Assembly (NCBI RefSeq): GCF_037042905.1
Contig: NC_087251.1
Coordinates: 42,906,001 to 42,970,000, forward strand
Reading direction: 5' to 3'
Length of the DNA: 64,000 nt
DNA from: Lytechinus pictus
Lineage: Eukaryota
Shown: positions 47,747 through 59,800 of the stretch, piece by piece
Layout: each line of letters starts with the position of its first letter
Position numbering within the stretch: the stretch's first letter is position 1
The notes under the pieces: model-generated
Seen by the model: the letters and a program-made list of their open reading frames with translations, nothing else
Told to the model about the DNA's origin: nothing
Database searches by the model: none
Program-made: the position numbers and the translations under genes

Positions 47747-50700
47747 CACAAAGGATCATGGGATCGAACAGGAGCAATAGCGCCGCTATTGTCTGGATGC
47801 GACCTAGCCTGGAGGCGTCTGGGGAGTAAAAGTCATCTACTCTACGTAGGCTTACTCCCCACTGACGCCTGGTTTGCTTACGCATTGGTCTATACACACC
47901 GTAGGTTTTCCCATGGTGAAAGTAGACCTAAATTATAAGTTTTGGTTAGGATTTTGACCCCAAACTAACGTACATGGGCCAAAACTAAGTTTTCCCCCCA
48001 AATTTGATATGTTTGTATATTCCTTCAATAAATATTAGTTAATATGAAAAATAATTAAGAGCACGAGCGTTGACTTACCAAGTCTGTTTTGGTCGCCATC
48101 TTGATGTCTTTGTTATCGATACCTAGAGATACCACACGTGTGTATAGCTGCCAATTTAAATTTAAAAAATACTTGCATCGGCAGATAAATATCATGAATC
48201 GTAAAATACTTGCATCGGTTGATAAATATCATAAATTTTGCTTTATTGCATGACCCGCAATCACCATGCTCACTTTTCCTTCAAAATCTTCCAAAATTTA
48301 GCCGCAGAAAACTATGAAAATATTGTGAGCATTGAGTTCATACTTTCACTGTGCAATCATGATACAAAAAATGTTCTATTAAACCACATTCAAGTATCCA
48401 AAATAATGACTAATGTCAATACGAAGAAATCAGACTTTTGAAAAAGCATGGATTTTGAGTGACACTACACATGGCATTGTATGGCTTCCCGAAAGCCGAT
48501 TCCGCGTTGTGGTGACATACGCCCTCTCGCGACGAACGCTATTTGCGATAAGGTCTATAGGCGACAATGGCTTGAAAACTGGTTAGGCCTAGTGTTTCCT
48601 GCACCCAAGTATTTAATGATATAACTCACTAAATACGAGTTGTATGCTGGTCTGTTTATGATTGATTAAAATATTGCCCATGACATGTAATCCTAGGCTA
48701 GTCCTACTTTCAATGTAATAAAATAAAGGGAAACTTACATTTGAGTCCTATTTCCAGCTTTTCTTGGCAGTCGATCCGGTTACCATCAAGTGCAATCGAG
48801 GCGGTACGAAGTTGATTTTCAGATCACGTGATACGCATAATTTATATTTTCCCCTTTTATTTGGGGTGCTATTGCGACCCCATTCTACCCCATTTTGGAG
48901 AGTACCCAAGTCTGCCTAGTACTAGTATTACACAGACAAGCCCTGGGCTCCCTGGGTTACCATGGCGCATGCGCAAAATAGACTCGGCCAAAATAAATTC
49001 GCGCATGCGCCCTCAGTAGATTAGTCTAGAAAAGTCTATAGATTCTATATCGATTTGGCCAGTTTTGTTTGCAATTTTTGAAAGCAAGGTTTTGATTCTT
49101 GGAAATATGAAAATAAATAAAAAAGATTGCTTACCTCAGTTTGGTCAACTGGTGTTTTTTTATAATGGCGCTAACAAATTCACAATCTTAATTCAGCCCA
49201 TCGGCGATTTATAAACTTTGTCCAAATTTATCATATGCACAAATCCTCTTTTTATTTGATAAAATAATGGTGCAAATAAAACTAATACCTTCAGAAAAGT
49301 CATTGCAGTTCATTATCAATGATTAGCAGAAACGAATAAAAGGAGAAATAGATCAATATAAAAAACCAACACTTCATGAAAATACCGTAACCAGCAGCAC
49401 ATGCTTCGTTCATAAACAAACGGTATACCTAAATGTATACAGTTTCTGAATCAAAGACTCTACAATAAAAAGATAGGACACTGAACCGATTTTGTGTAAC
49501 GCTTTACATCGATTAGCGTGTAAGATAGATGAAGTGTCTAGTCTTTCCCCTTGTAGTGTCTTTGATATCATGCGCCCTCAATATCTGACTATACTAAAGA
49601 TCTACTGCTAGTAAAATGTGGCAGAAGGTTGAGGAGGAGCTGGCCTTGATAAGGTCAAGAATTGTGGATGTAACCATTGTAACACTAACTCGGCTAAGAG
49701 TTGGAACAATATCAAATAGGAAGAACAAATAATTTTTTCAAAGACTTTGTTGCAAAAGAGTTTGTCGTGTACGCAATTTAACAACTGAACTTTTTTGCTA
49801 AATCTCACGGTTGATTAACTCGTGCAAGAATTAAATTTTTACACATTTCTATCGGTAAATTTATTGAATATGATATTTATTTTGGGGAACAGTATCTTCA
49901 ACAATATTCATCATTTCATTGTTCAATGAACATTTAGATGAAAACATTTTCAAATGTCCTTTACAAGTATTGTTTCATTTTGAGCACTGAAATTATCATG
50001 TTCATGACCAATTCATGCTTCAATGAACATGTGGAATGTGAAAAGCTTTTTTTTAAACATTTTTGGAAAGAAATGCTAACTGCATTCTCTTGTACTAAAT
50101 TTGTCTTTTATGAAATCCCAATGTCTAAATAATGCTTCTGTGAGCACACAATATTTGAACATATAAATGCGATTAGAAGAAAGCTCAAGGCCTTCGCCCC
50201 ACTTTTTGCCGTGTCAAATACTTTATTTGGTGTGCGCACATTTTGAATAGTGTCTCTCTGAAGCCATGTGTGTATTTTCATGAAAAAACTCTTGGCAGTT
50301 AACAAAAATCGTCCATGAAGCAAAACCTCATTTCACAAAAGTGGTAAAATTTTTATACCTCTCTCATAGACATTGTATGCAATATTGGTGCCTTTGTTTA
50401 AGAGTAAGTAACCCCTTATGGTAGAACTTTAAAAGTTGTCTTTAGCAATTTCATTGGGCAGTGAATGTTTTGGTGGAATTCTGAGCAAAAATGAAAATGA
50501 TTTTTTTAAATTCATGTATATAAAATGAGCACACATCAAATGTGAAAAATGTCATTTTCAAAGTCATCAGGCTCATTTTGAGGGGTTGTAAATTACGTAA
50601 AATGAAAATTGGGGGAAATTCTCTTTCAACTGTAACTTAATTGCTGTTCATTTTTTATCACCCATCATTTTATTACCACGCACACTCCAAAGGTTTTACA

Positions 50701-53700
50701 CTTTCATGGTTGAGCGAGCCGAGTACACTTGGAAACTTGAGAATGAATAATGTTCATACTCCAAAATTGCATTCTATGCTAACAATTTCTCAGGATCAAT
50801 TGAATTTATAAATTTACAAATCAGAGGTGTATCCAGAATTTGGAAATAGGTGTGGGGGGGGGGGGGGGTTCTGAGAAATGGATACGGGGTGCCATTAACA
50901 TTTTGAAAGTCCGGATTGAGGATTCAATCCCCGGCCACAAACACCAATGCCCGTGTCACGGCGTGAGCAAGGTGTTTAATGAATCGACAGTGCTCTTTTA
51001 TCCTTCATTCAAATAAACGGAAATACTAATTATGCATTCTTGGTAGTGCCTACTTAAAAAAAGTCTTTTGTCTTGCCTGCATAGCAGAGCGAGACTACAG
51101 GTGCCGCTTTTCCGATGGCGGCGACGGGCAGCACTCCTTCCAACGGCACCGTTTCTGACACACCACTTCTGGCACCACCCCTGGTGCTCTGTCTTTGAGG
51201 ATGTGTAACTGAAGGTCTATAGACCCTCCAGCCATGAAACTTTCTAGATTCTTAGCCAATCATCCTAATGAATTCAGCTTTAAAATGACACCAAATTTGT
51301 TGGAATAGCCCCCTTGGTTTGGAAAAATGATTGAGAGTAAAATCATGAATAGGCCTAAACAAAATACAATGTATGTAATGTAACAGCGCCACCCTTATCG
51401 GTGGGTGACCTCATGACACATGAAATAATGTGTGACTGTGAGTGAGAAACATAAAGTATTAAGTGCTGTTAATGTTATTCATGAGGAAAATCATAACACA
51501 CATGTTGGTTGAAAATGTGATCTGCATGTATTGCTTTAATAGCTGTTCATAATTGTGTTCTGAACTTCCTGATAATTTGTTTACCGTAATTTTCATTTTT
51601 GGGTCAAAACTTCTCAAGCATGGAATGTGATTAAAATATTCTGGATTTAGTCGTTTTTTTTATAGCTTATAACAATAACTGATTCCAAGTGTTTAAATGA
51701 TTAGAAAAATTATAACATGGCCAAGAGAGCTAGGTGGTATTGTTTATGTGATTTAAACGAGAGCAAAAGCATTGAAACCAGTGGATTGTGTAAATCAGAA
51801 AGAATAATTAAAAAAAGCAAATCAATGAAAGTTTGGGAAAAATGAAATGATGAGAAAGATACTGACATGTATTAGCATTGATATAAATTTTATAGAGATC
51901 CTCTGATTAGCAATGCGGCCAAGATGTGTGATGTCAAAGGGTTTTTCTCAATTAACAATGAAATTAGAAATTTTACAATGAATCAATCATTATGGTTTAC
52001 TTATTGAAAAATGAATCAACAAGCACATTATATGTACATGCACATTTTTTTTTTAATTGAAGGAGCCAATTTTGTTACACACTCATGAGTCATTGTTGAT
52101 CATTCATTATGCAACTCATCATTTTCTTGAAATCATTTAAACATAGGGCCTACATGGATTGACTCATAGAATAATGAAATATTTGATATTTCATGTGTGA
52201 AATTCATTTGTCAAATTCATTACCGGTACTACTTGATGAAACAAACAATACATGTGCAGTAGGTCTACATGTGCAGTACATGTACATGTACATGTAGTTG
52301 AATGATTCAAATGCCCACTTTATGCCACTTTTTTCTGCATTTTACACATGTGCATGTAATACAGTAATTGGATTCATAATTATTACTTATTTTTTGAGTC
52401 ACTGAGATGTGTCATGTTTTGTGATCTTTCTCAATCAATGGGAATTGTTTATATTACTCTTTCGGTCATGAATCCGGGATACTGTTTCATTCTGAATAGG
52501 GTATGAAAATGCATGCACACACTCATCAATAAGCCCTTTATGTACCTCCCAGTTAATAGACATTCCAACCATTCCGGTGTATTGAGCCAAACTTCTTTTA
52601 ATGAGCGTTGTCTCTTGTCAGAGCTCAGATGCTTTCAGTGTACAATGTATCATGAATACGGTCAGGGACTCGTGGGTTGTGTTGTCCAAGTGCCATTAAA
52701 GAAAGATACTGTAGGGACACAAGTTATGTGGAATTTGTGTCCGGTAGTGTCAATTTGATTGATCATGGTGATCTTCATCCTGCATGTAAATTTAAAGAAG
52801 CTATTAGCTTAAACAGGTAATTTTCTATTGGTGGAACTTTTTTTTTTTAGGGAGAAGCAACCACCATTGGTGGTGGCCAGAGCCCAGAGGAAAGTTATGT
52901 TATCTGGTTGTCTGTCTTTTGCTGTGCAAACCCTACACTCAAGTGAAGCCTTGTTGAAACAGCAAATTTTCAATGTGGCTAGTCTTTGTGTGGAGACACA
53001 CTTGTTGAGTAATCTTTTAATCAGGGTCTGTGTCTGCAGACCATTGACTGACTGTCTGTCTGTTCTGTGTTTTTTCTTGTGATAAATAAAGAATAGACCA
53101 GTTCGGAGTTTACCTCATGGGCAATCTTAGTTAAATGACCCTTCATTTCTTTCACTATGATAGGCCGATTTTAAAGCAAGATATTATACATGGAAGCATT
53201 CCTTACCTAGCAGGATACAGACATTGCAGAGACCAGGTGACTAGAATAGCACATTAATGAACACTCTATGAAGATATTACTTCTACTTTGAATGCATTAG
53301 CATGTCTTATTACAATGTACTTGGCCAACTTTTAAATTGCAGTCGTGAATGGGCGCATTGTTGTTTTTAGTGGATCTAACAAAAAACACAATTCGAGAGA
53401 ATATTATATATGAATAATCAGGACATCAAATTTGGTGCTTATCTCATTAAATATTAAACCATCATTTTACTTAGATAGTACTAAATGACCTTCTTCTGGT
53501 CATGTGCAGAATGGAACTCCGAACTGGCTTATTGTTTAATGACAGACCAACTATAATCTTTAGGAGCGACAAAAGTTTACCCTAACTGTTTTTTTTTTTA
53601 TACATTGAAATATCTATCTTGTTTTAACATTAACTTACCTTTTGACCCAGGTATCAACTTGAAACGTGGTGTAATAATGTCATGTCTTATTTGACTAGCT

Positions 53701-54610
53701 TCCTCATGTCATGTAATATTATTTCCATGATAATAAACAAGGCCTGAGTCATGTCAGAATTTTTTTGTTACGGAATCCGCCGGTGTTGCGCTGGTCAGAA
53801 TCCGGTTTCCCGATATATTATGAATTCACGAACGGGGAAGTACAAAGAAGTCGCAGATTATACAATATTGATTTCATTTTTAAACAAACAGTCATAAAAA
53901 AAACCAAGAAAAATATTCTGAGAAGATGGGGAAAAACTTGCCGATGTTTACATGGCCATCTTGTACTCTTCATTAAAAAAAAAAAAATATTATGAGAAGA
54001 CAGGTAAAAACTTGCCGATGTTTACGTAGCCATCTTGTTAGTAGCTAAGTCTACGAGATGCTTATAGAGTCTGCCGCCCTCTATAAATGCATATCGTAGC
54101 TTAGCTACTAACAAAGAGAACAAGATGGCCACATAAAAACATCAGCAAGTTTTTTCCCATCTTCTCATATTTTTCTCGGTGCTCACCTGAAATGTAACCA
54201 AGAAACCTGGGTTATGATTGGTAAGACTGAATAAAACATACTTGATGGGCCTAACTATGTCAAGATATTTAGAAGAAGAAAATTTTAAAACTATTTTTTA
54301 TGTATTACATTGTTTTATCGGAATACCGTAACAGAAAAAACAAAACCGGAACCCGCACACATCGGACGGATTCCGGTATTCCGTCCGTTCCGACCCAGGC
54401 CTATTATAAACTGGGTTCCAAAAGAAACTGATCAAACTTTACAAGGGCACTGAGCAAATTCCAGTCAGTCAAAATAAACAATATTTTTACACAGGTGCAT
54501 GAGCTTTAATAATCCTTACTAAGCACGTGTCAATAATTAAGAGATCGGTTCACTCACAGAGTCTATATAGCCCTTCACAACAATTGGTTTCAGAATCCAA
54601 AGTCACAAAA

Positions 54611-55090
54611 GGTGGTTTCAGACCGCCTCGAAGTTCGTCAGTTCCAGGTATTCTCTGATCGGGAAATTTACCCCGATCAGAAAATACCAGGTATTTTGGT
54701 AATGTGAAAGTAAACTACGCGTAATTTCCCCGAAAGAAAATACCCGCTAAATTAAAATAGTAGGTACTTGGCGAAATTACGAGAACTTTCGCGGGGATTT
54801 TTCCAAGGTCGCAGGTATTTTGGCAATGTGAAAGCAATTTACGGGAACTTTTAGCCCAGCGTGTCGTTGGGCGCGGGTGCCGTGGGTGGCTGCTGGGCTA
54901 GTGGTTTTGAATCTCGCGCCTTGCCTGCTTATTAGACCATACTGCGCATGCTCCTAACTTCAGGAATTTATCCCGAAGGGTATGTTTCGGGGCGGTGTGA
55001 ATGCAGGAATAATTAATGGGTATTTTTTAGCCTAAAAATGTTCTCGTAATTTAACGGGGATTCTTGTGATCGAGGCGGTTTGAAACCACC
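54611..55090. mobile_element. Harbinger-type MITE (GGTGGTTTCAGACCGCCTCGA TIR)
   Basis: ~21-bp TIRs; flanks AAA/TAA. Confidence 0.75.
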
Positions 55091-55233
55091 TAATGTGGCA
55101 AAAGGAAGACCATTGAAAATGAGCTGGGATTAAGCAAACTTCGCAGTTCATGTCCTACAAGGCCATTTTTAGTGATTCGCTCATTTCACAAAGAAGCTAC
55201 AGGAAATTAACTTTTAAATGACTGGAACAATCA

Positions 55234-56225
55234 CATGCTTTTCACACTGCATTTCCTTAACCCCGGACTATCCTTAAACCCATACTATCTTTTTTTCGAT
55301 TCACACTGTCTTTCTTAACCCCATACTATCTGCTCAGCCGGGGTTAATGCCGTAACCTCTCAGCTCATGAATATTGATGATTATACCATACAGAGCGTAT
55401 TTAACGTGCAATTCGACTTCTGTGATTGGCTAATGCTTAGCCCCACTTTCCTTAGCCCTGTTTCGTTTTCACTCTGCATCTCTTAGCACCTCAATTGTGG
55501 TGCTAGCACCACAATAAGCCAGCTAACCCTGCTTTTTTGCAGGGCCAGATAGTACCGTACTATTTACCGTGCTAGCCCACTTTGCTAAAACGTAGTGTGA
55601 AAACGAAGTGGGCTAAGCTTAACCCCGGGAAATTGGTGGGGCTAAGACCCCCCTTAGCCCCACCAATTTCCCGGGGTTAAGGAAAAAAAGTGCAGTGTGA
55701 AAAGCATATCACACAGCCACACACAAACCCTTCTGGTCCATGTAAGTGGTGATAATCTAAACACAGTAATATGCTTTTCACACTACTTTTTTTCCTTAAC
55801 CCCCGGAAATTGGTGGGGCTAAGGGGGGGGGGGGGGGGGCCTTAGCCCCACTAATTTCCCGGGGGTTAAGCTTAGCCCACTTCGTTTTCACACTACGTTT
55901 CAGCAAAGTGGGCTTGCACGTTAAATAGTACGGTACTATCTGGCCCTGCAAAAAAGCAGGGTTAGTCGGCTTATTGTGGTGCTAAGAGATGCAGTGTGAA
56001 ACGAAACTAGGCTAAGGAAAAGTGGGGCTAAGCAATAGCCAATCACAGAAGTCGAAATTGCACGTTAATCATGCTCTGTATGGTAATATCATCAATATTC
56101 ATGAGCTGTGGGATAGTCCGGGGTTAAGAAAGACAGTGTGAATCCAAAAAAAGATAGTATGGGGTTAAGGATAGTCCAGGGTTAAGGATAGTATGGGGTT
56201 AAGGAAATGCAATGTGAAAAGCATA
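55234..56225. mobile_element. Two copies of one Harbinger-type MITE in inverted orientation (55234-55708 and 55770-56225)
   Basis: TIR ATGCTTTTCACACT; TSDs TCA and TAA; bodies are reverse complements. Confidence 0.85.
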
Positions 56226-56716
56226 TAAGTGTCTGTGTGTATCTCAATTAGTCACAGAGAGAAATCACCGTGTTCACATTATCCCCCGCTTACCGGGACA
56301 TCCCCGGGGGATCTGTGTGTGGGTGTGGAATTGTTTCAGACATTTAAAATTTGGATTTCAAATTCCTGTAGCTTCTTTGTGATCAAGGCTATCATTTTAA
56401 CATGCCTGCAAAGGACGTGCGATAAACTGGGAAGTTCGTTTAATCCAATCTCATTTGGTCTTTTGCCATGTTGTGACTTTGGGTTCTGAAACCAATTGAT
56501 GTGAAGGGCTATAGCCTCTCTGTGATTGAACCGATCTCTTAATTATCGACACGTGCTTAGTAAAGATTATTGAACCATCAAAGATTACAGTGCACCTGTG
56601 TATTCTTATTTCCATCTTTGGAAATGGGGAGCTGCACGAATAGGTTTGATGTCCATTGTGATTCCAGTGTTCTTCTCTATAACTTCTTGATTTTACAGAT
56701 GTTCCAGATGTAGAAC

Positions 56717-56810
56717 ATGCTTCTGAGGAAGAAAGATTCATCCAAACCATTACCTCCTGAAGGCATCGCTGGCAAGTATACCAAGAAAGAGACATCACCA
56801 TGGTTACAGG
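56717..56810 (+). CDS. SAV1: SAV1 first coding exon (MLLRKKDSSKPLPPEGIAGKYTKKETSPWLQ)
   Basis: Matches SAV1 N-terminus; upstream acceptor AG at 56697-56698; GTAAGC donor. Confidence 0.88.
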
Positions 56811-59800
56811 GTAAGCATCTTCTGTTGTTTCTGACTTCTGCGTTTGACTATAGGATCTATCAACGTTGGGGCTGATTGTTGGAACATGTAAACATCGGAG
56901 AACATTTCTATCTAGTATATCGAATCTAGTATACACTATATAATTCACATTTTACACATGTGCCATTTATCTAATAAAGGCTTGCACAAATATTAAATAG
57001 GGTCTGTTCTTTATATCATTGAGATGAAATTTTACGCTTATCATTTTATTTATTCATTCTTTAAAATATAATACCTAATGTAAATCAGGATGATGCATAC
57101 ATTCAATCAAACATATGTATGTAAGCTAAAACAAGATATCACAGAAGCTTGTAATCTTAATTTAACAGAACTCATTTGTTGTTGATATCCAGGCTACATG
57201 AGTCCCGTTCAACGCAATGGCCCAGCCTTGAAGAGACCATCTCAGATACCATCAGGAGGACAGCCGGGGAACACAAACCCAGCAGTACCCCAGTGGGAAC
57301 CAATAGGGGCACCTGTCGGACGACGGCCTGGTCTAGCGCAACTGGGTCTACCAGACTTTACCAAAGATAATGGACAGCCACCAACAGGTACCGGTAATTC
57401 TTGTAATATATGCAGTTTAAACCTTTATCCTACTAAGTTCCAATATGGTATGGTCTGATAATCATTTCCTACTTTATTCAATATACCTTCATCACCATCA
57501 TTGGGCAGTATAATCATCATCTTCATCATCATCATCATCATTACCATCACCATTATTATTACCATCATCACCATCATTATCATCATCATTATCATCATCA
57601 CCATCATCACCATTATCATCACCACCATCATCACCATCATCATCATCACCATCATCCTCCTCCTCATCATCATCATCTCCACCATCACCATCATCATCAC
57701 CATCACCATTATCATCATAATCATCATCATCATCACCATCATCACCATCACTATCAGCATCACAATCATCATCACAATCACCATCATCATCACAATCACC
57801 ATCATCATTATCACCATCACCATTATCATCATAATCATCATCACCATCACTATCATCATCATCACAATCACCATCACCAGCAACATCATAATCATCACCA
57901 ACATCACCATTATCATCATCAACATCACCATCATCATTGTCATCACCATTATCACCATCAACATCACCATCATCATTATCACCATTATCATCATCACCAT
58001 CATCACTATCATCATCACCATAATCATCATCATCACCATCAAATTCATCATCATCATTATCACCATTATCATTATCATCACCATCACCATCACTATCATC
58101 ATCACCATCATCATGTCACCATCACCAGCAGCATCATAATCATCATCATCACCATCACCAACATCACCATCGTCATCACCATTATCATCATCATCATCAA
58201 CATCATCATTATCACCATCAACATCATTATCATCATTATCACCATTATCATCATTATCATCATCACCATCATCACCATCAACACCATCACCATCACTATC
58301 ATCATCACCATCATTATCATCATCATCACCATCATCATTATCACCATTATCATCATAATCATCACCATCACTATCATCATCACCATCATCATCATGTCAC
58401 CATCACCAGCAGCATCATAATCATCACCAACATCACCATCGTCATCATCATTATCACCGTTATCATCATCATCACCATCAGCATCATCATTATCATCACC
58501 ATCAACATCATCATCATCATCTTCTTCTCCATCTCCATCCCCCTCCTCCTCATCACCAGCATCATCTCCATCTCCACATTTCCATCCCCTCCCCCCCCCC
58601 ACCTCCAGCTTATGGAGTATTCCTTACTACTCATAAAGGTACCAATACCATTCATTGAGGTAAACAGTGATAGTCATTCTCTGTCCAAACTATCTTCACA
58701 GTGACTTATTTCTTTGTTTGTTTATTTGTTTTTGCCCCAAGAACACCATAGTGGATATGGTGACCGTGGTTTGCCCAGTCAACGAGGGGGGTCTCCCCAT
58801 CTCCCCGCTAATGCCTTTAGACAAGACAAGCCACCTCATGTTGGTAAGTAAAATACCAAAGTCTTACAAAGGGTTACGATTGATCCAATCGACTACAACT
58901 ATGGAAAGCCAGCAATGTCACCATTTAAACTACACTTGTTCAGACTGTTTTCTAGATATACATGTAAGGTATATTTATACATTCATTGTTTTCTTTAAAA
59001 TTCTGCGTGCTTTTCTTTGTTGACAACAGACATTGTGCAAATGTCCTGTAGAATAAAATTGTGACAGAGATGGATAGCTTAGGTTGATCGAATCATCGTA
59101 ACCCTTTGTAAGATGGGGCCCAGGGTCCTGTTTCACAAAGAGTTAAAATTGATCCAATCGACCACAAAGTATGCAAAGCCAGCAAGTCAACATTAAAAAT
59201 GCATATTTTTCAAATTTGTTTTTTAGATTGATAATAAATGTTGTCTTGACAATTCAGTTTGCTCCTCCTTGTTTCCAAAAGACATAGAACAATTTTCTGT
59301 ATGAAAAATGATGACTTCGATGGATTTCTATATATCGGATCAATCATAACTCTTTGTAAGACTGGACTCTGTCGAGCCTGTATTGTTCAGGAACAACCAT
59401 AACCATGACAATTGCTTTCTGAAAATTCACGCATCTATATCTCACTTTCAACTTGAAATTATTTTGATATGTCTCCCTGTCGGTGCATTTACATGCAATC
59501 CTTTGTACAGCAAAAAATAAAAATAAAAGAATTGCAGCTACATGTATATTTGAGTGCATTTTTAACATATGCCCTTATAAATAGGTCTGATATTTCAATT
59601 TCTTTGTCAATTTTACAGGAAATTGATTTTTGTTATCTTTTAAATTTGATCCAAGTTAAAGGCAACAAATGCATTCACCCAAGAGTCAAATCAATATTTT
59701 AATTATTTTACTTCCTAAACGAATAATTAAATGATTTTCAGATACAATACAATGTGTCCTTGGATCCAAATCAGTCCTAGCCTAGAATTTAATATGAATA

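Noticed and set aside
49560..49810. Cys-containing, coding-like stretch (KNCGCNHCN), possible transposase relic
   Set aside because: Multiple stops and no family motif I can recognise; would need tBLASTx.
6387..55840. Many poly-G/poly-C runs as functional G-quadruplexes
   Set aside because: Mostly parts of MITE termini or simple homopolymers; no specific evidence of function.
56451..56948. 165-aa minus-strand ORF
   Set aside because: Antisense to the first SAV1 coding exon, no recognisable domain.
57425..58655. Long Met/Val- and Ile/Thr-rich ORFs
   Set aside because: Translations of a (CAT/CAC)n microsatellite inside a SAV1 intron.
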